A stretch of DNA of 64,000 bases from the NCBI RefSeq assembly GCF_000143415.4, contig NW_003314270.1:470527-534526 (forward strand), written 5' to 3'. A program made the position numbers and the translations under genes. This document shows, one piece after another, positions 1 to 14,202 of the stretch; position 1 is the stretch's first letter; every line of letters starts with the position of its first letter. Under the pieces are notes generated by a model that had not been told where the DNA came from, ran no database searches, and saw only the letters and a program-made list of their open reading frames with translations. The DNA is from Selaginella moellendorffii. Its lineage: Eukaryota; Plantae; Lycopodiophyta.

Positions 1-811
1 TGGTCATTATACATGTTACAATGTATAAGGACCAAACCCCTTCAATTAGCTTGGAGAGCTATACTATACCTTATATTGGTCATGCCTAATTATTTGGAAA
101 CCCATACAATATGGGTTTCCAAATAATTAGGCATGACCAATATAAGGTATAGTATAGCTCTCACTTGGGTGTCTATCTTTGTTTTGCATCTAACTTGGGT
201 TTAAGCTTAAGTTCCATACCATGTTAGTTGGTATAGTACCTATATCCTAGTGTTAGGCTATTGATATATTGAAATAGCACTAGAATACTAAGTGCTCTGG
301 GACTATTTTAATGTCACCCCGTGCTCCTATCCCTTCTCTTCTTACATTGTACACTCATGAGTCACTCTGTGTTTTAATCCCTTCACTCTTTAAGCTATAC
401 GTTTAAGAGTTGTTTATGCTCTGAATTCCTACACTCCTTGGCTATATATTTGGGAGTTTAGCTTTATCTCTTCTTTTAATGGCCCAAGGCCTTAAATTCA
501 GATTCCGCTCCATTACTCTTGGCCCACATATCCAAGGGTTAAGGTTTTGTTTTGTGGTTATCCTATAGTAAAACACTATGGGGTAAAGGGTGCTAACTTT
601 GTTAGTCATTTCCTTGTTGGTGACAGTCAGAAAGTGTTTGAGTTAGTAGTGCATTTGGGTTAGATGGAATGCTTACTTTAACTCATTTAAGTTGGTGTAT
701 TTTTCATATAGTGTGATCACCATAAAAATTTTCTAGAGTTGTTTCTTTATTGGTGATCTATACTAGAGTGTGCATCAACAAGGATATTGATCTTTCCTAA
801 GGGGGGGAGAG
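1..811 (+). mobile_element. Decayed 3' internal region of a Gypsy-family LTR element, ending in a polypurine tract
   Basis: ~580-811 is the reverse-complement homologue of 2010-2240 and 47502-47730. [16 protein letters not shown] at 799-811 directly precedes an LTR start. Confidence 0.75.
54..162. repeat. Perfect 53-bp inverted repeat with a 3-nt loop
   Basis: 54-106 is the exact reverse complement of 110-162; loop CAA at 107-109. Confidence 0.97.
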
Positions 812-3800
812 TGCTACAAATGTGACTATAAGTATCGAAAGTTATTTATCGGCTAATTTTTTCAGATATCCTTTCCTTACTGTGTAGTGCATATGGTTTT
901 GACCTTTTATCCTATAGTGATTTATGATAGAATAACACCACGAAGCAAAACCTAAACCCTCTTTATGCCACATGACACATGCCATGTGCCATATGTCATG
1001 TGTCCAAAGATAGTGGTGCAGAATCCAAGTTTCAAAGCCTTGAGCCATTAAATGAAGATATGGAACCAAACTCCTAAGCATGGAGCCAAGGAGCGGCACA
1101 ACCGGACCATGGAGCAACTCCCGAGCATACAACCCAAGGAGCGAAGGGATAAGAGCACGGAGTGATTTAGAATAGTCCTAGAGCAATTAACATCCTAATG
1201 CCAGGACCAGCACGCAAAATGGAGTTAAACAAAGTTTGGCGTTATTTCGGTATACCAATAGCCTAATGCAAGGATATGGGTATTCCACCAGCTAGCATAG
1301 TGTAGAGCTTGGGCTTGGACCCAAGTCGGACGCAGAACAAAGATAAGCACACAAGTAGGAGCTAGACTATGCCTCAGGTTAGTCGGCCATGCCTGACCTA
1401 CCCAATATCCCTACTATACATTTGGAATCCCCTATAACCCCCCCCAAAGAACACACGCTTTGGGCTTTCACCCCAAGCCTCCCTTAGTACTAGGAGTTAG
1501 TCTCTGGGACAAGCTCAAAACTTACTAAACATGGAATGTCCCTAAATTGCAAATTTGGACATGAGACAAACACAATTGTGTTCAAGACAATCTCTATATT
1601 CCTTATATATGCTAAATAAGTGAATCTAGATACTTTCCATAAATAGCATTTGGGACCGAAATGAGACTAACACAAAAGGCATGATAGTGAGGGTATTTGG
1701 CGGACATGGTAAGCTATTTTGAGGGACCAATCTTAATATCGTGGGGGTTCTTAACACTAGCAAGTATAAGCCAATGACACAAGTTTCTCAAACTAAGTCG
1801 AGTATGCTTAGCAAGAAACACATAGGGTTCCTACCTTATGTTTATCCAATTTAAGTGCATGTTCATTGACCAGTTTCTCAACTAGCTCAAGTGAGAATTG
1901 ATAACAGGTGCAGCAATACCAACCTCATGCCATCATGGTAGTAAGGAAAGAATTTCCAAAAGGACTAGCCGATGGGTAGCTTTCGATACCCGAAGTTACA
2001 TTTGTGACACTTTCCCCCCCTTAGGGAAGATTAACGTCTTCGTCGATGCATAATCCAGTCTAAAATACCACTAAGGAAACAACTCTAGAATTAGTTCACG
2101 GTATTCACACTATGTAAGAAATGCACTAACTTAAATGAGTTAAGGTAACCTCTTGTCTAATGTGGATGCGCTACCCACTCAAACACCTTCTAACCGTTGC
2201 CGACAAGGAAATGACCAACGAAGTTAACCACCTTTGTTACTCTGCATATCACCCAACTTACAAAAGTGTGATATGCCCCTGTCTGCAAGGACATAGAGAG
2301 AGAAGCTAAAGGCCCAAACCCTTCTAAGCAAAGAAACCAAACCCATCGGTAAGGTTTAGATAGACTACTATAAACAGGTAGTTAGAGTTGTTTACAAGGT
2401 CATGCCCTTTTAACGGAATAAGGAACATTGATAAAGAGGTAGGTGATGTGACCAGTCTATAGTAACTACCCCATGACTAGAGATTTCACTATGCACACAA
2501 AGTGTTGAAGCCAGTCTGTCTATACTGGCCCAAACTCAAAGATCAATAGATGGACAATATCAAAGTCAAAGACAATGATATTTTAAAGACTTAATTATCA
2601 GTGAATAAATCTTAAATTAGAACACAAAGTATTCCAAATAAGTTATCATTCAATAGACTAGTAGTAGTATAGTATAGGAACCACCAAGATCATCATAATT
2701 GGTAAACACAAGATTCACCATCCAACAAAATTTAATAAAAGTGTATCATCAAGAAAACTCAATGAGAAAACTTAACTATCGAAAATTGTAAATAGTATGC
2801 CAAATAACTTACGAAAGACAACTCAAAGAACACAAAGTATTAATGACTGGCAAGCAAAATGCTTGCAAATATATTACCCAAAGGAAATAACATCCAATTT
2901 TATCGAATGTATCACCCAAAGGAAATAACATTCAAATCTATCAAAACCAACCTTAAAAATAATCAATAGAATAGAGTAAATGTCGCAAAACTAACAAACA
3001 TTCGTTCATGCCAACTATCACATTAGCCAATCTAAATAAATCCTAGCTAATAACACCAAAAAACTCAAGTTGCCTAAACAAGTGTTAGCAACATCCCATT
3101 GATGTTTCAAACCCAAGAGACCAATCCAAAGCAAATCACAAAAAATATGTGGTACTGCGAAAAGCCATAAACCATCAAAAAGAACAATTGACCATTATGA
3201 AATATCATTAATCATCCCATCAATAAAGAAATGTATAATTATCATTTAAGAAAAAATCTACCATCTCAAAGAATGACACATCATTCTACATTAACAACAA
3301 CCAAGCAAATCTTTTAATAAGAATAATCAACTATAACAAGATGATAGTCAATCGTCACCAATGATTGCTAGATGCAAAAGCCAACTTTAACATTGAAACT
3401 AATAAGCTAAAATGTCTTCCCCAACAACTCCTTACAAATGGAATAATGAGTATAAAAACCCAAAGGACCAAAAGCTCGAAGAAGTTTATAACTAAGTCTT
3501 ACCTAATAATGATTATGAGTCTCGTATAAACTAACTTCAATGCGAAATAAAAAATCATAGTACAACCCATAATTTCTTCTTCAACACATTCATAAGCCAA
3601 ACTTCATAATGCAAAGCTAATGAAAAACATATTTGCATCAATTCAAAAGCTAAGCATAATGGAGCAATGCTCAACAAGTGATCACTAAATAATCTTCCAT
3701 GAATCTATCTATAGTCAGGTGTAACTCACTTTATAATAAGCACAAGAAGAATTATTAATGATCGATATATCCTAATGTAAATCCAACAAGGAACCAACAT

Positions 3801-6800
3801 CTTCAATATCGATCACTAAATCTTCCTCTTGTAAAGTTAGTATAGTCCATGATTAAATCACTTTTCAAGAAAAAGCTCAAAGCTCAACCTTTATTAAAAA
3901 ATCTCATCTAAAACACAACTAACTCAAATTTGTCATTTAGTTCATTTTAACATTGATATAGTTGCTAACTAGCAATGCACGAATGCCAATAACACAAAGC
4001 TATAGCCTAAGCATCAACACTATTTGTATCGAGACTAATGAAACTCAATATCAATCCTACAAAGAGACATCTCACTTCACTTAAATATCAACGACAAGGC
4101 ATCACTTCAATGTTATCAACACCATAACAAAGCTAGAAGAAAGCAGAGTGAATCACCACTCAAAGTTCTTTAGCAACTAAGCTAAAGTCAAAAATACTTT
4201 AATTAGTATCCAAGACCAATCCTTCAGCAAAACTCAATTACAGATAACACTTCATCAAGGAGTGAATCACCACATCCAAGACTCAATAAAATCCAACACT
4301 ACGAACTAAACGCAATTAAATGATATTGATAAAGGAATTGACACAGAAAAACCATGTAAGTCTAATGACACGATCCTTCATAACACCATCTAGTAAAGCA
4401 AGTCTATCACTGCTAAATCATCAATTTAGTGAAGCAAATGTCAAATAGTCCTCGACAAAGTCTACAAGTAATCACTAGTCACAAAGTAACTAACAATCAT
4501 TCTTCAATTTGCCTTCACAAAACCAAACACTAAACTCACGTCATTGAGTCATATATTTATTTAACATGAACATAGTACCCTAGGTACAAGATAAAGATTC
4601 ATGGACAAGCATAAATAAAATGACCACTTGAATCTAACTCAACCGCAATAAGCTCACCAACCAATAGTTCTAAAAATGCCTTGAAGAGGCTAGCTATATA
4701 TAATTAACACTCAGCCAAAACTAAAGTGAAGACCATGAGATGGACTCATATTAGTACATAACTTCCTCATAGACAAAGCTATAGTACAGGTATTAACATC
4801 TTAATTTCAAACAACTAAGTTGGATATCACTATCCTCAGCCAAGGCATAAGGCCACCAAGACCAGATCAAGATCAATGAGAGCTCACTACTCTCATAAAG
4901 TTTAACGAAATGCAAGGTGCAACCTATCACTAAGCACAATGCTACAGAAGAAAGGCACAAGAGTCACTTTTCTAGAAAAATGCAATGGCCATTTTTCTAT
5001 AGACTTTATCCACTCCAGACTCTATCCAACTCAATTGTTTTAGCCCCAAAAGTTAGTATCCCTTTCGGGTCGCATCATACAAATTATATACTAAGGTCTA
5101 ATCTAACCAAAGTCAATTCTAACCCCTTCATTAGTTTGTATTGGCTTATGAAAATGGAATGGTTTTTAGGCAAAGTGATCAATAGATCAGCCATTAGAAA
5201 AATCTAAGAAAATTTGTAGAAAATTTTTCTATCCTAGAGAAAGAATGATTCTCAGTCTAAAAATGCAAACTTTCAAAATTCAACCAACTTCCTTTTACTA
5301 ACAACTTCACATAAGTTCACCTCAACACTAATTCTCATGACCCATAGTATGCTTAAGCCTCAAACATCATGCCCATATTTTTTATATCCAACACCGACAT
5401 CCGTAAAAATGCAAAATGAACATCCAAGGATTAATCACAAAGACAATATCTTCAGATATCCACATTGCACTAACACTCTTCTTCAACCACTTTCAAGATC
5501 CAATATAAAGCCAAAACACAAACAAGAAAAAGAACATAGAAAATCAAAGTTTAAGGAAACTTCCTTATCACTCAAAGTAATAATGCCACTTCCATTAACA
5601 CAAGTGCTAGCAATGTTAATGCCTCAACCTCACACTTTCTCCATTCAACAATTTATTCCAAGTGTTAACGGATAAACCAACAAACCATAGCAAGTGAATG
5701 CTATAACCTTTTTCAACACTTTAATGGGCAAACTCAAGGAAACAAAGTACTAACATAAGCTTAGCATAATGGACCATCACTAAGAATCCAGTTAAAGCTA
5801 CTATAATGCTACTACGTATAAGTAGACTAGCTTCACTATCAACCATTTTGGGATTGATCACCATTTAACCAAGCAACTTCGTAAACACATTACTCATTAT
5901 CACATAGATATTATATAAGTATCACAATGACTTGATCATCAATTTGAGCAACACCATGAGCAATGCCCATATCACTTACTACAAAGGTTTATGTGAGTAT
6001 CAAGTGTCAACTCGATTTGACACAATGCAACATAAATGCCACACTCCACTGATAGAGATTTATAACACCTAACATCACTAACTTTTGTTCACAATATGGA
6101 CAAGCTCATGCCATTCTCCTTTCCGACCAAACTCAACATTAATCCAACACCAAACCACTTAAGGAGCAATAGCAAGGTTTTTTGAAAAAGAATTGAGCAT
6201 TGTAACTCAAGTCTCAATAGTGAACCTAGACAAAATGGTTTAGCGCTTCACTACTACCCATCCCACGACTCACCACTTGCAAAACCATTATAACCAACAT
6301 GTATCAAGATAGGGTCTCTCAATTGCATAATGTGAACATAAGCAATGAATTAACACATTGTTGCCAATCATCTCTCTAAGAAGGGAAGAAGAATTACGTG
6401 TTTGATCCTTTGTCCCTGATGACTCTCTTTTCGGGCTCCTCCTTGACTAAACCTCAAGCTTTCTTTCGCACTACCTTCAGTCCCATCCCAGAAACTTTTA
6501 TAAAAGAGCACAACAATGATTACTTGAACCCATAGACTAATCCCTATAGTCTTAATTGATCCACTTGTAATCATGCCTAGGAAGGATCTACTAATGCCAT
6601 GCTAAAAAACTATGGACCAGCCTATTTGCCACTCATAGCAAACTCAGGGAGGTTTACTTTCACCCATGGTACATGGAACAACTTATGGAACCACTAATAG
6701 ACTAACATTAATCATGCCAACTCAAAGTGTAACCTTAAGTTACTAATGCACCTCACTCACGAGCCCAAGTGCAAACTTATGCTAATATGCCTCACTCACA

Positions 6801-9076
6801 AGCCAAAGTGCAAACTTGTGATAATGGAATATCTCACATTCATCTTATGAGCCCAAAATCAAGTTCATATAATACAATACAAAAGGTAACCAAAATTTAT
6901 AGCCAAGGAATGATTGTAAAGCCTTTGCACCCAAATGTGTACCCACTTGGATCATGGTTTTCATCTCTGTATATGCAACGAGATTAATTGCCCAATCTCA
7001 TTGGATAGTACTCGCTGAGACTCATCCTTTAATACCAAATGTAGCGCACGTGGTTTTGACCCTTTATCTTATGATGATTTACTATAGGATAACACCACAA
7101 AGTGGAACCTAAACCCTCTTTATGCCATGTGACACATGCCATGTGCCATATGCCATGTGTTCAATGATAGTGGTGCGGAATCCGAGTTTCAAGGCCTTGG
7201 GCCATTAAACAAAGGTACGGAACCAAACTCCTAAGCATGGAGCCAAGAAGTGGCAGAATTAGACCACAGAGCAACTCCCGAGCATATAGTCCAAAGTGTG
7301 AAGGGACAGCATGGAGCGACTTGAAACAATCCTAGAGCAACCAATATCCCAATGCCAAGACTAGCACGCAAAACGGAGCTAAATGAAGTTTGGTGCCATT
7401 TCGGCATACCGGTGGCCTAACGCAAAGATATGGGTACTCCACCAGCTAGTATGGTGTGGAGCTTGGGCTTAGACCCAAGTTGGACGCAGAACAAAGATAG
7501 GCACACAAGTAGGAGCTAAACTATGCCTCAAGTTGGTCGGCCATGCCTAACCTACCCAATATCCCTATTATACATTTGGAATCCCCCATAACCCCACCCC
7601 ACCCCCCCCCCCCCCAAGGAACACACGACTTTGGGCTTTCACCCCAAGCCTCCCTTGGTACTAGGAGTTAGTCTCTGGGACAAACTCAAAATTTATTAAA
7701 TATAAAATGTCCCTAGATTGCGAATTTGGACACGGGATGAACACAATTGTGTTCAAGACAATCTCTACATTCCTTATATATGCTAAATGAGTGAATCTAG
7801 ACACTTTCCATAAATAGTATTTGGGACCGAAATAAGACTAACACAAAAAGTATGATAGTGAGGGTGTTTGGCAGACATGGTAAGTTATCATTTAGTGATA
7901 TTGAGGGACCAAACTCAATATCGTGGGGGTTTTTAACACTAGCAAGTGCAAGCTAATGACACAAGTTTCTCAAACTAAGCCAAGTATGCTCAGCAAGAAA
8001 CACATAGGGTTCCTACCTTATGTTTATCCAATTTAAGTGCATGTTCATTGACCAATTTCTCAACTAGCTCAAGTGGGAATTAATAACAGTTCCAGCAATG
8101 ACAGTAAGGAAAGAATAACTAATAAATAACTTTCGATACCCGAAGTCACATTTGCGACATACTGCCACGACAGTAGGAGGTTGGCATTGCTAGACCCTTT
8201 ATCAGCCCTTCTTGTGCTAGTGGAATTAACTGGGCATTTCGAGTGTACTTAGACCAAATGAGCATAAGGGCAAAATTCCTACATGTTATTAACTAAGCAT
8301 ACTTAGTCCGGTAAGGAGTCCTTGTCTCATTATGTCTTACACTAACTAGTGATAAGAACCCATATGTATTGAGATTAGTCCCTTAATATCGCCAGATGAT
8401 AACTTACCGTGTCTGCCAAACACCCTCGCTATCATGCCTTTTGTGTTAGTCTTGTTCGGTCCCAATTGCTATTTATGGAAAGTGTTTAGATTTGCTAATT
8501 TGGCATATCTATAGAATGTAGAAATTATTCTAAATATAATGGTATTGATGTTGTATCCAAATTTGCAATCTAACATCATTCTATATTTAGTAAGTTTCAA
8601 GTTAGAGACTAACTCCTAATATTGTCCTTGTTCTACATCTGGCTTAAGTCTAAACCCAAGTTTCACACTATGCTAGCTGGTTGAGTATCTATATCTTTGT
8701 GCTAGGCCACTAGTATACTAAAGTAGTAAAAGACTCCATTTGGATCTGTTTTGCATGTTAGTCTTGACATTTGGATGTTAGAAGTTTTAAGACTATTTCA
8801 AGTTGCTCCATGCTCTTGTCCCTTCACTCAATGAGCTGAACACTTAAGAGTTATTCCATGCTCCAATTCCTTTGTTCCTTAGCTGTAAACTTAAGAATTT
8901 GGCTCAATTCCTTCATTCAGTGGCCTAATGCCCTGAAACTTAAGTTCCACTCTACTGTATTTAGATATGTAGTATATGGCATATAACATATGCCATATAG
9001 AGGGTTTAAGTTCTACTTCATGGTTATTCTATGGTAAATCACCATAGGATAAAGGGTGAAAACCATATGTGCTACA
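812..9076 (+). mobile_element. Host 3' LTR (812-882 plus 8165-9076) split by a nested insertion
   Basis: Starts TGCTACAAATGTGACT after the PPT and ends ...ATGTGCTACA at 9076. The joined halves are colinear with the LTR at 59672-60808. Confidence 0.85.
883..8159 (-). mobile_element. Non-autonomous LTR retrotransposon (LARD-like), ~7.3 kb, with 5-bp TSD TACTG
   Basis: LTRs 883-2009 and 7040-8159 (TG...CA). TACTG at 878-882 and 8160-8164. Degenerate Met PBS (minus TTTGGTATTAAAG) left of 7040; PPT right of 2009. No gag/pol ORF in the 5-kb interior. Confidence 0.9.
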
Positions 9077-9153
9077 ATGCCAAACCTCATAAACTTGCAA
9101 TCTAACTTGCTGCAACACCTCATATGGTCCTTTACAATGAGCAAGAAGCCCTT

Positions 9154-9736
9154 TATAAACAACCATAGAGAATGACTTCAGAGACAATTCATGGGGTTTA
9201 AATATAAAGGGAAAGGGCTTATGAACAAAAGTGCAACCCTTTTTCAATCGGTTAAAGATATTGGGATAATTGAGGTTAAGTGTCCTTAAATTTGACTAGT
9301 ATTGGGTTGGGTGACCTCTTGGGAAGTCTAAACTCATGAGCTTACATATGGTATCAGAGGGGTCTCGAGTTCGACTCTGTTTGTTGGCTAGGGGAATCAC
9401 ACCACATGTTGATTAACATCTGGCATGTCTAGTTTACTCCTGGTTGGGCTCGACCCAAGGGGTAGAGTGTCAAGAGAGCGGGGCTCTTGGGAGAGTTGCA
9501 ACTCTTAGCTTCCGTTCATGAGGGGCATGAATTTGCAGAGAAGCATGGTGGATTGTAAGCAATTATAGAGAAAAACTTGAGAGACGTTTAAATATAGAGG
9601 GAAAGGGCCCATCAATAAGAGTGCATCTCCTTTCCAATCGGTTAAGGATCTTGGGATAATTGAGGTTAACTGTCTTTAGTTTTGAATAGTGCTGAGTTGG
9701 GTGACATCTTAGGAAATCCAAACTCAAGAATTTACA
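9154..9736 (+). mobile_element. Cassandra-like TRIM with 5S rRNA-derived LTR cores
   Basis: ~190-bp direct repeats at 9154-9346 and 9554-9736, ending TTACA. PBS TGGTATCAGAG at 9349. LTRs contain GTTAAG...TAGTATTGGGTTGGGTGACCTCTTGGGAAGTC, resembling the 5S A-box/IE/C-box region. Confidence 0.8.
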
Positions 9737-11654
9737 TCCCTTAGATAAACCATGTACCATAAGATTGGGAAAACAAACTAATAACAAGTCATCCACTTTA
9801 TACGCCATAAATGGATGATGATAGGAGTTGTAGTGTCGTTGTTGTCTCATTATATACAGCTTAGTGTTAGGTAAACTCTACTTGGACAAGAGGAAGAATG
9901 TTTGTCAAATATTGATTCCATAACCTAGCATTAACAATTCATGGCAATCATGAAGGTACACTGGTTAAGGTAAACCTTTAATCTTTAGGTTAAGGGTTTA
10001 GCTGAAACTCTAAACCCAAGTCAAATTTTAGTATGGTAAATACTATCATGATCCAATCATGATAGTATTGGATCATGACCATATAAGAGTTTATACAGAT
10101 TTTGGTTTAGATATATTTTTTGCATTGTTTAGAAGGGAATGAGCGGCATCGGCGTCTTGTCTCGCCTTCGCCACTCCAAGCTCGCGAGCGCGATTGGATT
10201 GGCGGATAGAGCACGAGCATCTCCCTTTTCTTATAACTTTTCTCAACTTTTTCTCTTTTGCTTTTTCTTTTTCATTTATCTTCATGGTAAAGTAGTAGCT
10301 TCTTCCTTTGACTTTGGAGTAGCATTTGGTGCAGTTTTTTTATGACTATTGGTTTAATCACTTCACAGTGATTGCCATATATTATTCTTGGGATGATGCT
10401 TAATGTTTCTAAGGGACAACATTGCAATGGTACAATGGTTTGAGCATAGCCACTCGTAAGGATTAAAGCATTCTCTCAGATGTCTTTAAATTTGCATTTG
10501 GATATATTGATGATTGTGATGATGCCTTCCAATAATTATATCATCTTTTTCAAGAGCCATTTGAGTCTGTGATGCAATTTGGCATTTGTTTTTTTAAGCT
10601 TTTTACTTCATGTAGAGCCAAATATGTCAAAGCGAATCAAGTTGGGAATGTTGTGGCCAGCACTTCATCAAGATTTTGTAGGATTTTTGCATGCACTTGC
10701 TCTAGCCAGTGACAATGCTCTTCACTTAGCACAATATTATGAGACATCACTTCATCCACTTCTTGTTACATATCCTTTAACTCCACTTTTTGTGGGAGAT
10801 GGTTTTATTTTAATGGAGGTTGATGCTACTGCTACCCAAGTTCAAAGGCAAGGGCAAAGACGTGGTTGTAGTTATGATGTCCACTACTAAGTGTGTGATA
10901 AAGTTGGTCACACTTATCAATGTTATCAGCATTTTCTATTTTAGCGACCTCCATTTCCTGGGTGGAGATCTTGGCATTAACAATGTCTTGTTGGTGCTAC
11001 TGCAGTAGAAGGTCTGGACACTAATATGTTTCTAGGAAACAAGAAGTTGCACAAGTAATGGAGAGTCTATATGTGAATAAATCAATAACTTCTCCATCTT
11101 TCTTTCCGGAGTATCATCAAGGGGTTAACTTAACACTAGTTCATTTAGTGTTTTCTTTCCAAACTTGTTTTTAAAATAAGAGGTCTCTTTTTATTCTCTC
11201 TATGTTGGTTAATATAGACTTGAGTTTATAATTTATTGTTTGGCTTGTTGCCACACATTGCTATCTACATTTGCATCATGTAGCAAAGTTAGTTTTCATT
11301 CTATATGGCAACAGCCACACACATGTATGTGTACAGAATGAGGTGGACCTAGTTGTGCATTTGGGCAATCTCAAACTTGAGTTGCAGTCATTGCTAGTGG
11401 TGCTAAGTCAAACTTTTGACCTCATCATTAGTATGGATTGGTTGTGACACAATCATGCCAAATATGATTTTGATGTTTTTCCCCCTTGTCTCATACTTTT
11501 TTATATTTCTTCCATTCCTCTCACTTTTATTCCTTTCTGTCTCTTTGTTTTTAGTTCTGCTTCCATCACTTTTATCTCTCTATTACTTCCTTTTATATTT
11601 CCATCTTATTCCTCTATTCTCTTTTCTAATCCTTCCGACAATCTTTATATTGCA

Positions 11655-13520
11655 ATGGTTGACCGGCTCATAAAGGAGTATATCAGTTTCTTTGAATTTG
11701 ACTTGTCATTTAGGGCTAAGATTACAACACGTTATCCTATTCCAATTGGGAATACTTGTTCAATCAAGGTTTCTATTCATCTTCGGTCATCAAAAGAAAT
11801 TAAGATTTTACGTACAAATGTCAAAAAAATGTTAGAAAAGGGTGTTATTCGAAAGTTATGGAGTCTTTGGGGATATGAACCTTATCTTGTGATAAAACTT
11901 GATAGGAGTATTTATTTCTGCATCAAGTATCATTCATTAAATAAAGTGATGATCCCGGATGTGTACCCTCTTCCTCACATTGTAAATCTCTTGGATTGTC
12001 TAAGGAGAAGTCATTGGTTCACAAAGTTAAATCTTACTTCTGGGTAATGGCAAATGCCAATGGCCAAAAAATATATTCTTAAGACTACTTTTTATATATT
12101 ATCTAGTTTGTATGAGTTCTTGGTGATGCCGTTTGGTTTAAACAATGCTCTAACAACTTTTGACGGACAAGGTTCTTTGTGACATGTTGGAAGTGACTGC
12201 TGACTTCATCAATGATAACTTGATCCACTCAAAAAGGACGTGGCAAGAACATGTCCGTGATGGTTGAAAGGTGTTAGATCAGCTATGGGAAATTATTTTA
12301 AATTTGAAGCAGTCAAAGTGCATGTTTGGGTCTAAAGACATAACTTATCTTAGGTCATATAAAAGGTGATCATGTTACAGTTACTTTATTATTGAAGTAG
12401 AAGAACTTGATTTATCGTACTGCTCAGTGGGTTTTGAAGCTTTAAATACATAATTTTGATGTTGTTTATCAGTTGAGGAGTTCTATGGCTGATATTAATG
12501 CCCTTTCTCGAACTTCTCTTCTTTCTTCACTCTCTTTTCATGTTTCTGACGAACTTGTTCTTACAACATCTTTAGATTTTTTAGACAAGGATTCCATGCC
12601 ATCATCAATTGTTATACTTGATGTTTAGTGTCCACAAAGTGCAAAGTAAGATATACTTTCTCTTGATGAGGTTTGTGAGACTCAAAATATTGAGCTATGA
12701 ATTTGAAAGTTTTATGATAGGTTTGAGAATTCTACATCACTTGCTAATAACTTACCATTTTGACAATTACATTCTTAATATCACCTTAAGAATAGTCTTC
12801 TTTATTTTGTGGGGACGGATTCTAATGATCATTTATAGCTGGTGATGCCTTTGATTTTTATTGCACGCTTTTTTCATGTCTACCATGATTCTCGTATTTT
12901 ATGTAGGCATATAGGATATTATTATATAACTAAAAAATTGCACAAGCCTTTCTATTGATGGGAGATATGATGTGATGTTATCCAGTATATGCGTAATTAC
13001 ATGTGGTGCCAAACTCTTAATACTCCCCCTTGTGCTATGAAAGGACGGTTGGAGTCAATTATAATTTCGCATCCATTTAAATCGGTGTTGTTTGATTTAA
13101 TAGGGCATTTTCCACAATTGACTGTTGGCAATAAATATGTCATTATTGTTTTTAATTACTTAACTCATTAAGTGGAAGTCGGTGCTCTTGCTAAGGCATC
13201 TACAACTTCTGATAAATACTTCTTCCTCAATTAAGTGGTGTTCCAATATTTCTATTTGGAGTAGATTCTTTTGAATAATAGTTCTACATTTATGGTTGAG
13301 ATATTTTATGTTTTGACATCTCAATTGAGGATACACCACACTTTCATGAGTGATTATCATTCATAGTTAAATGATTTGGTGGAACAACTCATTTAGACTT
13401 TCAAAGAGATGATTGCAAAGTATGTGAACTTTTAACATTCAAATTGGAGTAGTTATTTGCCATTTCTTTGGTATGCATATATTATAAGGGTGTAAAATTC
13501 TATTAATGTTTCACCATACA
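11655..13520 (+). pseudogene. Heavily decayed Ty3/Gypsy pol (RT and integrase relics)
   Basis: Motifs FCIKYHSLNKVMIPDVYPLPHI...WFTKLNLTSG*WQ and [10 protein letters not shown]; integrase-like PFKSVLFDLIGHFP...GNKYVIIVFNYLT; many stops and frameshifts. Confidence 0.85.
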
Positions 13521-14202
13521 CTCCTTAAGGATAATCAAAGTTGCCCCTCACCTCCACCAATATGAGTGCATGGAATATAGAAATATGCATATCAATTAAC
13601 TTAGAAACCCTAGTTTATATATTTAGATTGAAACCAACCAAAATCCCACTACACTAATATTATATTGTAGCCGTACACTCAGACCTCACAACATTATATA
13701 TTTTGATTTAATTTATTAATAATTTCTTAAAGTTTTATGGTTTTATCATTTGAAATAAGATATTTAACTTCATTCTTTTATTTCTAATTTTAAAACATTA
13801 TTACTGATTTACTTTCAAAACCTTTTGCATAAAATATTATATTATAGATTTAAAGTCATAAATATTATATTATCATATAAAACATTAAATATAATCATCT
13901 TACATAGTGTTGAGGTTCGAACCTGGAACTTCATCTAGGCGGTCTTCACTCTGCGGCGATGCTGGAGGAGACGAGGAGATCGCGGCGCCTTGATCTTGAG
14001 TTTCATGAGGTATGTTTTCCCTGCCACTGATTCAATCGTCTAGGCGCTACTCGTCGCGATCACATTTCAAACCCTATCGGGACCGATTTTTCTTGTGATC
14101 CTTTATCAAATTTTTTCGTTTGTGTTGAGATGCTTGTTTGTGGTTTCTCGCATTTTCGTTGATCGATTTCTTTCCTATTTTGTTCATGTAGGCACGATAA
14201 GG

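Noticed and set aside
13908-13932. GGTTCGAACC B-box-like motif
   Set aside because: No cloverleaf or A-box could be built; at most a SINE/tRNA relic.
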